Below, in pieces: positions 44,399-58,869 of a stretch of 64,000 bases of DNA. Origin of the DNA: an uncultured Pseudomonas sp. (GTDB taxonomy: Bacteria > Pseudomonadota > Gammaproteobacteria > Pseudomonadales > Pseudomonadaceae); NCBI GenBank assembly GCA_966186235.1, contig CBIFVM010000020.1, positions 14,503 through 78,502 on the forward strand, read 5' to 3'. The stretch's first letter is position 1; each line of letters begins with the position of its first letter. The notes beneath the pieces were generated by a model. The model worked only from the letters and a program-made list of their open reading frames with translations. It was not told the DNA's origin and did not search any database. The translations under genes and the position numbers were made by a program.

Positions 44399-45862
44399 TC
44401 ATGATCGAGAGTGGGGGAGTTCAGTGGTGCGTTTGAGCAGGCGGCCGGCACGCGCTTCGAGCTGCCCGTGGCGGTAGGCCACGGCGCCGTTGACCACAAC
44501 CAGCTCGATGCCCTGCGCCGCGGCGATGGGGTTGGCGAAGGTGGCGCGGTCGCGCACCTCGGCGAAGTCGAACAGCGTCAGGTCGGCAAAGGCGCCGACG
44601 CGCAGCTCGCCGCGATCAAACAGGCCGAAGTTGCGCGTGGACAGGCCGGTCATCTTGTGAATGGCTTCGGGCAGGGTGAACAGGCCCTGATCCCGGCAGA
44701 AATGCCCGAGCACCCGCGGGAACGCGCCCCATAGCCTGGGGTGCGGGTGCGGATCATTGGGCAGGCCGTCGGAGCCGACCATGCTCAGCGGATGGCGCAG
44801 GATGCGCCGCATGTCGTCCTCGGCCATGTTGTGGTAAACCGCGCCGGCCGGCTGTAGCCGCCGCGCGGCATCGAGCAGCGAGATGCCCCAGCTGGCCGCT
44901 ATGGCTTGCAGGGTTTGGCGCGCCATCTGCGGGTACGGATCGGACCAGGTGATGAAGATTTCGAAGTCTTCGGTGACCTGGCCAAGATCCAGAGTCGACG
45001 AGCCAGCGGTGTAGGGGTAGCAGTCGCAATGGCAGTTGTGCTGCCGCGCCGCCAATTCGAGTTTTTCCAGGGCCAGGGGCGCGGTGCCCCAGTTGCCGAC
45101 GCCGGCGCACTTGAGGTGGGAAATTACCAGCGGCGCCTGGCCGTGCCGGGCGGTGGCCACAGCTTCGTCCATGGCGCCCAGCAGCCCGGCGAACTCGTCG
45201 CGCAGGTGCGTGGTATAGAGGCCGCCGGCTGCGCCGACCTCTTCGACCAGTGCGCGCATCTCCGCTTCGGGCGCGTGGCGGGCGTTCATGTAGGCCAGCC
45301 CCGAACTCATGCCGATGGCGCCGTCCGCCAGGGCCTGACGCAGGGCGCTGCGCATCTGTTGGATTTCCTCGGCGCTGGCGGGGCGGTCGAAACGCTCCAT
45401 GAAGTTGGCGCGCAGTGCCGTGTGCCCGACCAGCGCCGCGACGTTGACGCTCGGTTGCGCCGCGCTGACCGCTTCGGCATAGGCAGCGAAGGTTGGGTAG
45501 CGAAAATCCTCGAGGCGGCCCAGCAGGTTCATGGGGTCCGGAACGTCGGGGCCGCGCAGGCGCACCGGCGCTGCGCTGATCCCGCAGTTGCCGACGATGA
45601 CCGTGGTAACGCCCTGGGTGAGCTTGGGCAGCATCTCCGGCATGCGGATGACGTTGCTGTCGTCATGGGTGTGCACGTCGATGAAGCCGGGCGCCAGGCA
45701 GCGGCCGTGGCCCTCGATGCAGGTGTCGGCTGACCAGTCGCGCAGGTCGCCAAGCGCGACGATGCGCTCGCCACGCACCGCCAGGTCACCCCGATAAGGC
45801 GCGGCGCCGGTGCCATCGATGAGCTGAACATCGCGAATCAGCAGGTTGGCGTGCTGCGACAT
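44399..45862 (-). CDS. N-acyl-D-amino-acid deacylase (D-aminoacylase family)
   Basis: PGFIDVHTHDD, GNCGIS, SHLKC, GSDG, HPRLWGAFPRVLG. Confidence 0.92.
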   Translation of the reverse strand: MSQHANLLIRDVQLIDGTGAAPYRGDLAVRGERIVALGDLRDWSADTCIEGHGRCLAPGFIDVHTHDDSNVIRMPEMLPKLTQGVTTVIVGNCGISAAPVRLRGPDVPDPMNLLGRLEDFRYPTFAAYAEAVSAAQPSVNVAALVGHTALRANFMERFDRPASAEEIQQMRSALRQALADGAIGMSSGLAYMNARHAPEAEMRALVEEVGAAGGLYTTHLRDEFAGLLGAMDEAVATARHGQAPLVISHLKCAGVGNWGTAPLALEKLELAARQHNCHCDCYPYTAGSSTLDLGQVTEDFEIFITWSDPYPQMARQTLQAIAASWGISLLDAARRLQPAGAVYHNMAEDDMRRILRHPLSMVGSDGLPNDPHPHPRLWGAFPRVLGHFCRDQGLFTLPEAIHKMTGLSTRNFGLFDRGELRVGAFADLTLFDFAEVRDRATFANPIAAAQGIELVVVNGAVAYRHGQLEARAGRLLKRTTELPHSRS

Positions 45863-45865
45863 GCT

Positions 45866-46729
45866 TCAGTCTCCCAGCGGCTGGCGGTTGTCGCCGCCAC
45901 GGTGGCTGTCGAGGGTCAGTTTCAGGCGCCGCAGTTTGTCGCGCGAGCGCTGCCGGTGGCGCAACGCCAGGCTCATGGCGAGCACGTCGATGGCCGCCAG
46001 CATGGCGTAGCGCGATGAAGAGGGGTGGTAGATGAAATCGGTCTCCCGGGCGGCAATCGGCAGGATCACGTTGGCCTGCTGCGCCAGGGGCGAATCCGAG
46101 GCGGTCAGTGCCAGCACCTGGGCGTCGTAACTGCGAGCGATACGCGCCGCGTCGACGATTTCCGGGGTGAAGCCGGTCACCGACAGCGCCACCACCACAT
46201 CGCTGGGATCCAGCGTGGCGGCGACCATGCGTGGCATCAGTGCCTGGGAATAGGCGCTGACGGCGTAACCCAGGCGAACAAGGCGAAACTGCATCTCCTG
46301 GGCGAGCACCACCGAGCCGCCGCCGGCGCCGAAGATGACGATCTGTCGGGCGCCGTCGAGCAGGTCGAGGGCGCGCTCGATATCGGCGTTGGCGATCAGC
46401 TCGCGGTTGAGGTCCAGGGTCTGCTTGGCGATCTCGTACACCGCGCCGATGCCGTCCTCTTCACTGGCTTCCTGGATGAAGCGCCGGCCCACGGCGAGCG
46501 ATTGTGCGAGGCGCAGCTTGAGTTCGCGCACGTCCTGGCAGCCGATGGATTTGGCGAAACGGGTAACGCTGGCATCGCTGACGCCGGCGCGGGCGGCGAT
46601 GGTGGAGATGTTGGCGCTGGTCACGAAATCGATATCGTCGATGATCATGGCCGCGACCTTGCGCTCGGCTTCACGCAGGGTCGGGTAGCGTTCGGTGATG
46701 CGCGACAGGATGTCGATTTCCAGATTCAC
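45866..46729 (-). CDS. RpiR/MurR-family regulator (HTH + SIS)
   Basis: AGVSDASVTRFAK, SIS domain LSVTGFTPE; GTG start inferred. Confidence 0.9.
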   Translation of the reverse strand: MNLEIDILSRITERYPTLREAERKVAAMIIDDIDFVTSANISTIAARAGVSDASVTRFAKSIGCQDVRELKLRLAQSLAVGRRFIQEASEEDGIGAVYEIAKQTLDLNRELIANADIERALDLLDGARQIVIFGAGGGSVVLAQEMQFRLVRLGYAVSAYSQALMPRMVAATLDPSDVVVALSVTGFTPEIVDAARIARSYDAQVLALTASDSPLAQQANVILPIAARETDFIYHPSSSRYAMLAAIDVLAMSLALRHRQRSRDKLRRLKLTLDSHRGGDNRQPLGD

Positions 46730-46904
46730 TTCAGGGCTCCGAGGCAGACCCAGTGCAGGGCCAGGAAAGCGTTGCAATGCTGGTGTTAATTTCTAACTTA
46801 AAAAAAATATTTGTGATAGTTATTTTCCGTGATTCAATCCAGTCGACCTGGCGAGGTGCCGTGCCACGGCCGTTCGCGCCCAGAAAACCGAGAAGGATCC
46901 AGAC

Positions 46905-48125
46905 ATGAAACCTGCTGACCTGAGCGACGCGCCGGCGAATGGCGTGGAGAAAGCTGCGATCATCGGCGCCGGTCGCGCCTTGCTGCACGATGTCAGCCTG
47001 CCAGCCGCGGTGGTTTATCAGCAGCCGCTGGCGCACAACATCGCCTGGATGCAGGCCTTTGCCGAGCGCCACGGCGCACGCCTGGCGCCCCACGGCAAAA
47101 CCACCATGACGCCGGCGCTGTTCCATCGCCAGCTCGAAGCCGGGGCCTGGGGCATCACCCTGGCCACCGCTACCCAGTGCGTGGCGGCGTTCGAACAGGG
47201 TGTGACGCGCCTGCTGATGGCCAACCAGCTGGTCGGTGCCGCGAACATGGCGCTGGTGGCCGGGCTGATTGCCAAGGGTGCGGAGTTTCACTGCGTGGTC
47301 GACAGCGTGGCAAACGTCCGTGCGCTGGATGAATTCTTCGCGGCCCGCGGTCTGCAACTGCAGGTGATGATCGAACTGGGCGTGGAAGGCGGCCGCTGCG
47401 GCGTACGCAACGACGACGAGCTCGAAGTGCTGCTGGCGGCGCTGGAACAGTCGAGCGCCCTGGTGCTGACCGGTATCGAGGGCTATGAGGGCATCATCGG
47501 CGGGCAAGCGCCGATTGCCGATGTGCGGGCCTATGGTGCGCGCCTGGTCGATACCCTGATGCGGCTGAAACGCAGCGCTGCCTTTACCGCCGACAAACCG
47601 GTGGTTACTGCGTCCGGCTCGAAATGGTTCGACCTGATCGCCGAAGCCTTCGACCGCGCCGAGCTGCGTGACCAATACATTGCGCTGCTGCGCCCCGGCT
47701 GCTACGTGGTGCACGACCACAAGCTGTATGCCGGTGCGATGGAGGAGGTCAAGGCACGGCATGCCGACCTCGAGGGCGAGCTGCTGCCGGCCCTGGAGGT
47801 ATTCGCCCATGTGCAATCACTGCCCGAACAGGGCCTGGCTATCGTCGCGCTCGGTAAACGGGATATCGGCTGCGACCCCGACTTGCCGATGCCCCAGCGT
47901 TTGTACCGCGAAGGCCAGGCGCCTCGGGACGTGCGCGGCTGGGGTGTACGGATGATCATGGATCAGCACCTGTTTCTGACCGTGCCCGCCGGCGAGGCCC
48001 TGGCGGTCGGCGACGTTATCTCCTTCGGCACCTCGCACCCCTGTCTTACTTTCGACAAGTGGAGACAGGTGCTGCTGGTCGATGAGGCGCTGAATGTGGT
48101 CGAAGTGATGCCGACGCGCTTCTGA
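46905..48125 (+). CDS. PLP fold-type III amino-acid deaminase (D-serine dehydratase/D-threonine aldolase-like; candidate D-glucosaminate dehydratase)
   Basis: LAPHGKTTM PLP-lysine motif, GIEGYEG, MDQH, SHPCLTFDKW. Confidence 0.85.
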   Translation: MKPADLSDAPANGVEKAAIIGAGRALLHDVSLPAAVVYQQPLAHNIAWMQAFAERHGARLAPHGKTTMTPALFHRQLEAGAWGITLATATQCVAAFEQGVTRLLMANQLVGAANMALVAGLIAKGAEFHCVVDSVANVRALDEFFAARGLQLQVMIELGVEGGRCGVRNDDELEVLLAALEQSSALVLTGIEGYEGIIGGQAPIADVRAYGARLVDTLMRLKRSAAFTADKPVVTASGSKWFDLIAEAFDRAELRDQYIALLRPGCYVVHDHKLYAGAMEEVKARHADLEGELLPALEVFAHVQSLPEQGLAIVALGKRDIGCDPDLPMPQRLYREGQAPRDVRGWGVRMIMDQHLFLTVPAGEALAVGDVISFGTSHPCLTFDKWRQVLLVDEALNVVEVMPTRF

Positions 48126-48166
48126 GCGCCCGGTCAACGCCGATGCATACAGACAAAGGAGCCGCC

Positions 48167-49129
48167 ATGACGATTTCCTCCAACCAGACGGCTCCGATAA
48201 AGGTCGGCCTGATCGGCGAGTGCATGATCGAGCTGCAGCGGCAAGCTGACGGCCGCATGCGCCAGAGCTTTGGTGGCGATACGCTGAATACTGCGGTCTA
48301 CCTTAGCCGCCTGTGCCGCGGTGAGGGTGTGGCGGTCGACTACCTCACCGCGCTCGGTGATGACCCCATGAGCCAGGCGATGCGGGCGCGCTGGAATGAG
48401 GAGCGTGTGGGCGATGGCCGTGTACGCGTACTGGCGGATCGGCTTCCGGGCCTGTATATGATCCAGACCGACGCCCAGGGCGAGCGGAGTTTTCTGTATT
48501 GGCGGGGTGAAGCGGCGGCCCGTTACTGCTTCGACGGGCCGGGCGCCGATCAGCTGCTGGCCGCTCTTGGCGACTATCACACGCTGTATCTCAGCGGTAT
48601 CAGCCTGGCCATCCTCACCGCCGAAGGGCGTCAGCGCCTGCTGGAAGCCCTGCGCCAGGCGCGCAGCCGCGGTACGCGCATCGTCTTCGACAACAATTAC
48701 CGGGCACGACTGTGGCCGAGCGCGGCCGAGGCGCGAAAACAGTACAAGGCCCTGCTGGGCTTGGTGGATATCGCGCTGGTCACCTGGGAGGACGACGTCG
48801 CCGTATTCGGTTTCACGACGCCGCAGCAGCTCTTCAGCCACTACGCAAGCCTTGGCGTCAGCGAGGTGGTGATCAAGCGCGGTGCGAGCAGTTGCCTGCT
48901 GCAAAGCGCTGATGGTCGCGCTGAGGTGGCGCCTGAGCCGGTGGAGCAGGTGGTGGACACTACCGCTGCTGGCGATTCGTTCAGCGCGGCCTATCTGGCC
49001 GCTCGCCTGTGTGGTGGCCAGCCGGAGGAGGCGGCACGTTGGGCTCACCGTCTGGCCGGCGCCGTGATCCAGCACCCGGGCGCGCTGATTCCCTTGCCGG
49101 CAATGCCGAACATGCCCTCGCTCGGCTGA
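48167..49129 (+). CDS. kdgK: 2-keto-3-deoxygluconate kinase (PfkB family)
   Basis: IGECMIEL, FGGDTLNTAVYL, FDNNYR..LW, DTTAAGDSFSAAY. Confidence 0.88.
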   Translation: MTISSNQTAPIKVGLIGECMIELQRQADGRMRQSFGGDTLNTAVYLSRLCRGEGVAVDYLTALGDDPMSQAMRARWNEERVGDGRVRVLADRLPGLYMIQTDAQGERSFLYWRGEAAARYCFDGPGADQLLAALGDYHTLYLSGISLAILTAEGRQRLLEALRQARSRGTRIVFDNNYRARLWPSAAEARKQYKALLGLVDIALVTWEDDVAVFGFTTPQQLFSHYASLGVSEVVIKRGASSCLLQSADGRAEVAPEPVEQVVDTTAAGDSFSAAYLAARLCGGQPEEAARWAHRLAGAVIQHPGALIPLPAMPNMPSLG

Positions 49130-49232
49130 CGGGCTGCATCGCGCAGTGTCAGGCTATTCGCCTCATGGCCCAGGTGAAGCCAGTTGCGCTATCTTCCGGA
49201 CTCCCTGATCACCTTTCGTTGAGGATCGCCGT

Positions 49233-50285
49233 ATGAGCTGCGCCGTTTTGGGTATCGACCTTCCGATCATTCAGGCACCCATGGCGGGCACCGCCACACC
49301 GGTTCTGGCGGCGGCAGTCAGCAACGCGGGCGGGCTGGGCTCGATTTCCATTGCTGCGGTGCAGGCCGAGGCCGGCCGGCAGATGATCAGGGAAACCCGC
49401 GCCGCCACGAGCAAACCGTTCAACATCAACGTGTTCTGCCACCGCCTGAGCGTCGCCGATGCGGTCAGGGAACAGGCGTGGTTGGCGCACTTGCAGCCCT
49501 ACTTCGCCGAGTTCGGTACGGCTGCGCCAGAGGCCATCCGGGATATCTACTGCAGTTTCCAAGAGGACGAAGGGCAACTGCAGGTTCTGCTGGAGGAGCG
49601 CCCGCCCATCGTCAGCTTTCATCTGGGGCTGCCGCCTCAGGCGCGCATCGATGCCCTGAAGAGCGCCGGCATCACCCTGCTGGCGTCGGCCACCACGCTG
49701 GAGGAAGGGTTGCTGGCCCAGGATGCGGGCATCGACATCATCGTTGCTCAGGGCATCGAGGCCGGCGGCCACCGCGGGGTGTTCGATCCGGCCCACGATC
49801 AGGGCATCGGCACGCTGGCTTTGGTGCGGGTGTTGGTCAAGCACCTGTCACGCCCGGTGATCGCCGCTGGCGGCATCATGGATGGCGCCGGGATCGCCGC
49901 CGCCATGAACCTGGGTGCCTGCGCTGCGCAATTGGGCACCGCGTTCATCCTTTGCCCCGAGTCGGCCGCCAACGAGGCCTATCGCCGCATGCTGGGCAGT
50001 GAGCGGGCACGGGTCACCCAGGTCACCACGGCGATTTCCGGGCGCCCGGCGCGGGGCATCGTCAATCGTTTCATGGCTGAGGTCGGGGCGCCCGGCCACC
50101 CTGCGGTGCCTGGGTTCGGGATTGCCTACGATGCCGGCAAGCAACTGATCGCCGCTGCCGCCAAGGCCGGCAACGCCGAATTCGCCGCCCATTGGGCGGG
50201 GCAGGGCGCGGCACTGGCGCGGACGATGCCTGCGGCGGAACTGGTGGCTGTATTGCAGCGCGAATATCTGGCGGCGCGTGCCTGA
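49233..50285 (+). CDS. Nitronate monooxygenase family flavoprotein
   Basis: [32 protein letters not shown]. Confidence 0.9.
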   Translation: MSCAVLGIDLPIIQAPMAGTATPVLAAAVSNAGGLGSISIAAVQAEAGRQMIRETRAATSKPFNINVFCHRLSVADAVREQAWLAHLQPYFAEFGTAAPEAIRDIYCSFQEDEGQLQVLLEERPPIVSFHLGLPPQARIDALKSAGITLLASATTLEEGLLAQDAGIDIIVAQGIEAGGHRGVFDPAHDQGIGTLALVRVLVKHLSRPVIAAGGIMDGAGIAAAMNLGACAAQLGTAFILCPESAANEAYRRMLGSERARVTQVTTAISGRPARGIVNRFMAEVGAPGHPAVPGFGIAYDAGKQLIAAAAKAGNAEFAAHWAGQGAALARTMPAAELVAVLQREYLAARA

Positions 50286-50348
50286 GATTGGCGGGAAAGG
50301 AGTTGTGCGGGCCAACCGTGGCGTCGGCCCGGACAGGAAGGGAGAGGC

Positions 50349-50618
50349 TTAGGCAGAATGCAGCTGCACCTCCTCGATGGTATCAACGCGCGCAGGCGCT
50401 TCTACGCCAGTCAGTTCGCTGATCAGCACCCATTGCTGATCCAGCTCGCGGCTCACCGCGCCGAGGCGGGTGATCATCTTCGAAGCGGCCGAACGAACGC
50501 CGCTGTCATCGCTGCGCAGCAGGTCGAAAGACAGGGCCGTCATGGCGGCGGTCATATGGGTGATGCTGCGAGAGGTGAGGGTGAGCAGTTCGGTCAGTTG
50601 TTGTTCTTTGGGGGTCAT
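50349..50618 (-). CDS. Hypothetical helical protein (89 aa)
   Basis: SD AGGA, ATG at 50618, GC3-rich codons; MTPKEQQLTELLTLTSRSITHM... Confidence 0.65.
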   Translation of the reverse strand: MTPKEQQLTELLTLTSRSITHMTAAMTALSFDLLRSDDSGVRSAASKMITRLGAVSRELDQQWVLISELTGVEAPARVDTIEEVQLHSA

Positions 50619-50965
50619 CACGTGCTTCCTTGACTGGACGAGTCGATGCACAGCGTTGGAGGGAACCTGCGTCAGGCCATCAGATCCTTGATGGCCGCCA
50701 GTGCGATGCCACTCACAAAGGGGGCGGCACATGGCGGTCAAAATGATATCACCGTTGCTCCAGGGGCTGGCAATATGCTGCATTGCGCGAATGAAAATAT
50801 TTTTCAGCAGCCTGTTTTGCTCGTGCGCTTAGAAAACGCGATGCTGGCCCCATCGCCCTTCGACGGGGTTACGGATAAATGTTAGTCGACCCGTGCGCCG
50901 GAGCAGCCGCAACGTTTAAACTGCGCCTCGCGAGCCGACGGACGGGGTTTTTCCCTGCTGTGGCC

Positions 50966-52301
<1,336 letters not shown>

Positions 52302-52424
52302 CCCTTACGGGCGGCTGGGCGCCGCCCGCTCAATTCGCTGTGTCGGCCCGTGCCGGCCAGCCTCACGGACGATGATTCTCGCTGCCAGGGCTGCAACGCC
52401 CCAGCCTTGCTGAAGGAGTGAACC

Positions 52425-53441
52425 ATGCTGGTTATGCGCCCCGCGCGAATGACCGACCTCGCCGAAGTGCAGCGCCTGGCCGCGGACAGCCCGGTGGGCG
52501 TCACCTCGCTGCCCGACAACGCCGAGCGCCTGCGCGACAAGATCGCCGCGTCGGAAGCGTCGTTCGCCGCCGAAGTCAGCTTCAACGGCGAGGAGCGCTA
52601 TTTCTTCGTGCTCGAAGACAGCGAAACCGGTCGCCTCTCTGGCTGCTCGGGCATCGTCGCCTCGGCGGGCTACTCCGAGCCGTTCTACAGCTTTCGCAAC
52701 GAGACCTTCGTTCACAACTCCCGCGAGCTGAAGATCCACAACAAGATCCACGTGCTGTCGCTGTGTCACGACCTGACCGGCAACAGCCTGCTCACCAGCT
52801 TCTACGTGGAGCGCGGGCTGGTCGACAGCGTCTGGGCCGAGCTCAATTCACGTGCGCGCCTGCTGTTCGCCGCCTGCCATCCGGAGCGCTTCGCCGACGC
52901 CATGGTGGTGGAGATCGTCGGCGAGAGCGACGACGCCGGTGAATCGCCGTTCTGGGACGCGGTCGGGCGGCATTTCTTCGGCATGAGCTACGGCGAGGCC
53001 GAGCGCCTGTGCGGGCTGCGCAGCCGCGCCTACCTGGCCGAGCTGATGCCCCATTACCCGATCTACGTGCCGCTGCTGCCCGATGCCGCTCAGGAGTCCA
53101 TGGGCCTGGTGCACCCGCGTGCCCAGGTGTCGTTCGACATCCTGATGCGCGACGGCTTTGAAACCGACCACTACATCGACATATTCGACGGCGGCCCGAC
53201 CCTGCATGCGCGCACCTCCGGCATTCGCTCCATCGCCCAGAGCGCGATGGTGCCGGTGGTGTTCGGCGAGACGGGTGAGGGCGGCCAGGCTTACTTGGTC
53301 AGCAACGAGCAATTGCAGGGGTTTCGTGCGGTCGTCGCGCAGCTGGAGTGGGCGCCTGGCCAGCCCGCGGTGCTCGATCCGCAGACCGCGCAGATCCTCG
53401 GCGTCGCCGAAGGCGGCCAGGTAAGGCTGGTGGCGGTATGA
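52425..53441 (+). CDS. aruF: Arginine/ornithine N-succinyltransferase alpha subunit
   Basis: MLVMRPA, YSEPFYSFRNETFVH, first of two paralogues in the operon. Confidence 0.93.
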   Translation: MLVMRPARMTDLAEVQRLAADSPVGVTSLPDNAERLRDKIAASEASFAAEVSFNGEERYFFVLEDSETGRLSGCSGIVASAGYSEPFYSFRNETFVHNSRELKIHNKIHVLSLCHDLTGNSLLTSFYVERGLVDSVWAELNSRARLLFAACHPERFADAMVVEIVGESDDAGESPFWDAVGRHFFGMSYGEAERLCGLRSRAYLAELMPHYPIYVPLLPDAAQESMGLVHPRAQVSFDILMRDGFETDHYIDIFDGGPTLHARTSGIRSIAQSAMVPVVFGETGEGGQAYLVSNEQLQGFRAVVAQLEWAPGQPAVLDPQTAQILGVAEGGQVRLVAV

Positions 53442-53493
53442 GTTTTCCAACCATGAGCGCCACCCGTCTGGCTCGCGATTTTCCGGAGGCAGC

Positions 53494-54510
53494 ATGATCG
53501 TTCGCTCCGTACGGGCCGGTGACCTGCCGGCACTGATCGACCTGGCGCGCAGCACCGGCACGGGCCTGACCACCCTGCCGGCCAACGAAGCGCGCCTGGC
53601 CTACCGGGTCGGGCGTGCCGAGAAGACCTTCAGCGGCGAAGCCGAGCGCGGCGATTGCGACTACATGTTCGTGCTCGAGGACGATGACGGCCGCGTGCTG
53701 GGCATTTCCGCCATTGCCGGCGGCGTCGGCTTGCGCGAGTCCTGGTACAACTACCGGGTCGGCCTGACCGTCTGTGCGTCCCAGGAACTGGGCATCCACC
53801 GTCAGGTGCCGACGCTGTTCCTGGCCAACGACCTGACCGGCCATTCCGAGTTGTGCTCGCTGTTCCTGCATGCCGACCACCGCACCGGCCTGAACGGGCG
53901 CTTGCTGTCCAAAGCGCGGTTGCTGTTCATCGCCGAGTTTCGCGAACGCTTCGGCGAGAAGATCATCGCCGAGATGCGCGGCGTGTCCGACGAGCAGGGC
54001 CGTTCGCCGTTCTGGGAGTGCCTTGGCCGGCACTTCTTCCGCATGGAGTTCTCCCAGGCGGACTACCTCACCGGCGTCGGTAACAAGGCGTTCATCGCCG
54101 AGCTGATGCCGCGCTTTCCGCTTTATACCTGCTTCCTGTCCGAAGCCGCCCGCGAGGTGATCGGGCGGGTGCACCCGGATACCGAACCGGCGCTGGCGAT
54201 GCTCAAGTCCGAGGGCTTCAGCTACCAGGGCTATGTCGATATCTTCGACGCCGGCCCGGCCATCGAGGCAGAGACCACGAAGATCCGTGCGATTCGCGAC
54301 AGCCAGCTGCTGGTGCTGGCCATCGGCACGCCGGGTGACGATGCCCCGGTTTACCTGGTGCACAACCGCAAGCACGCCGATTGCCGCATTACCGCAGCCC
54401 GGGCGCGGATGGCCGCCGGGACGCTGGTCGTCGACCCGCTGACCGCCCGGCGCCTGCGCCTGAATGTCGGCGATCAGGTGCGCGCAGTGCCCCTGGCGGT
54501 AAAGGCCTGA
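53494..54510 (+). CDS. aruG: Arginine N-succinyltransferase beta subunit
   Basis: GTGLTTLPAN, NDLTGHSELCSLFL, DIFDAGP. Confidence 0.93.
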   Translation: MIVRSVRAGDLPALIDLARSTGTGLTTLPANEARLAYRVGRAEKTFSGEAERGDCDYMFVLEDDDGRVLGISAIAGGVGLRESWYNYRVGLTVCASQELGIHRQVPTLFLANDLTGHSELCSLFLHADHRTGLNGRLLSKARLLFIAEFRERFGEKIIAEMRGVSDEQGRSPFWECLGRHFFRMEFSQADYLTGVGNKAFIAELMPRFPLYTCFLSEAAREVIGRVHPDTEPALAMLKSEGFSYQGYVDIFDAGPAIEAETTKIRAIRDSQLLVLAIGTPGDDAPVYLVHNRKHADCRITAARARMAAGTLVVDPLTARRLRLNVGDQVRAVPLAVKA

Positions 54511-54531
54511 ACCACCGTTTCTGATGTGACC

Positions 54532-54577
54532 CGGGGCGGCGCGCCGCCCCGACCGGCAATGTCGCCATAGAGCGACA
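54532..54577. other. Two palindromes in the aruG-astD spacer
   Basis: Perfect 20-bp CGGGGCGGCGCGCCGCCCCG (54532-54551) and TGTCGC-CATAGA-GCGACA (54560-54577). Confidence 0.6.
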
Positions 54578-54635
54578 GCCGTGACAGGTAGCAGGTCAGC
54601 GCTGGCCTGTGCAACCGTGAAGCCTGGAGTGATAG

Positions 54636-57445
<2,810 letters not shown>

Positions 57446-57483
57446 AGCGGCTCACTGCGAGCCGCCAACTTACTGGAGTAACC

Positions 57484-57768
57484 ATGAGCGACGCCCTGCA
57501 ACTGATCCTCGAAGACGCCGACGGCACCCAGCTGGAAACCTCGTGCACCCGTTTTGCCGTAATGTGGCAGGGCAAGGAAGTGTGGATTCAGCAGGTCGGC
57601 AACGGCCAGCTGATGATCGGCGTGGATGTGGCCGAAGGTGACACCGAGTACGCCAACCTGCTGCTGCGCCCGTTGGCCACCAACCTGGTCAGCCTGGAAC
57701 TGGAAATGGAGCCGGCCGATGATGGCGTCGATGACGACCACGTCCACGGCCCGGACTGCAATCACTGA
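57484..57768 (+). CDS. Small acidic protein in the ast operon with a His/Cys-rich tail
   Basis: SD GGAG; 94 aa ending DDDHVHGPDCNH. Confidence 0.85.
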   Translation: MSDALQLILEDADGTQLETSCTRFAVMWQGKEVWIQQVGNGQLMIGVDVAEGDTEYANLLLRPLATNLVSLELEMEPADDGVDDDHVHGPDCNH

Positions 57769-57777
57769 GGTACGCCC

Positions 57778-58788
57778 ATGCTCGCCCTCGGCAAACTGCT
57801 CGAACTGACCCTGACCGGCCATGAGCCGGCTTCGAAGATCCAGTTGACGCCGCAGGGCACGCGCTTGCGCTGGCTGGCCGAGGGCGCCCTCGAAATCACC
57901 CCGGCTTGCGGGCGCGACAACGGCATGGACCTGTTGCTGTCCGCAGGCATCCACGGCAACGAGACCGCGCCGATCGAGTTGCTCGACCGCTTGCTGCGGC
58001 GCATCGCGCGCAGCGAGTTGCAGCCGCGCGCCCGCGTGCTGCTGCTGTTCGGCAACCCGGCAGCGATGCGCCGTGGCGAGCGTTTCGTCGAGCAGGACAT
58101 CAACCGCCTGTTCAGCGGTCGTCATGAGCTGAGCAGTGGCGGCGAGGCGATGCGCGCCTGTGAACTGGAACACCTGGCGTCGTCATTCTTCATCGACTCC
58201 GGCCGCGAACGCCTGCATTACGACTTGCACACGGCGATCCGCGCCTCGCGTATCGAGCAGTTCGCCCTTTACCCCTGGGCCGAGGGGCGTCGCCAGTCGC
58301 GCCGCGAGTGCGCGCGGCTGCAGGCTGCCGGTATCGATGCGGTGCTGCTGCAAAGCAAGCCCTCGACCACCTTCAGTGCCTACACTTACGCCGAGCTGGG
58401 CGCCCAAGCCTTCACCCTCGAGCTGGGCAAGGCCAGGCCGTTCGGCCACAACGAGCTGGTCAATCTGGATCGCCTCGAGTTGCGTCTGCAGGCGCTGATC
58501 GAAGGCAACGAGCCGCCGATCGAAGAGCGCGCCGTCGAGCACCTCAAGCTGTTCGCCTTCTCCCGCGAGCTGATCAAGCACAGCGATGCCTTCGTTCTGC
58601 ACTTGCCTGCCGACGTGGAAAATTTCACCGAGCTGGAGCCCGGCTATCTACTCGCTGAAGACCTGGCCAACAGCCGCTGGGTGGTGGAAGAGCAGGGCGC
58701 ACGGATCATTTTCCCCAATCCTAAAGTCCATAATGGTCAGCGTGCCGGCATCCTGCTGGTGCCCGCTGCCGACTCTTCACTGGAGTGA
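57778..58788 (+). CDS. astE: Succinylglutamate desuccinylase
   Basis: [27 protein letters not shown]. Confidence 0.95.
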   Translation: MLALGKLLELTLTGHEPASKIQLTPQGTRLRWLAEGALEITPACGRDNGMDLLLSAGIHGNETAPIELLDRLLRRIARSELQPRARVLLLFGNPAAMRRGERFVEQDINRLFSGRHELSSGGEAMRACELEHLASSFFIDSGRERLHYDLHTAIRASRIEQFALYPWAEGRRQSRRECARLQAAGIDAVLLQSKPSTTFSAYTYAELGAQAFTLELGKARPFGHNELVNLDRLELRLQALIEGNEPPIEERAVEHLKLFAFSRELIKHSDAFVLHLPADVENFTELEPGYLLAEDLANSRWVVEEQGARIIFPNPKVHNGQRAGILLVPAADSSLE

Positions 58789-58869
58789 CCGTTTAGAATC
58801 TGTTCATGATTTTGCAGCCCAGGCTCGTCGATTTTGGCAGCTAAGTGGCGGTAGCGGCTGGCAGCTACT

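Noticed and set aside
50646-50885. 79-aa plus-strand ORF
   Set aside because: Atypical codons, no motif, and it lies in the divergent promoter region.
33838-50900. tRNA-anchored genomic island or prophage
   Set aside because: No integrase, no phage structural genes, and I found no repeat of the tRNA-Asp 3' end; the holin-like gene belongs to a stress-protein family.
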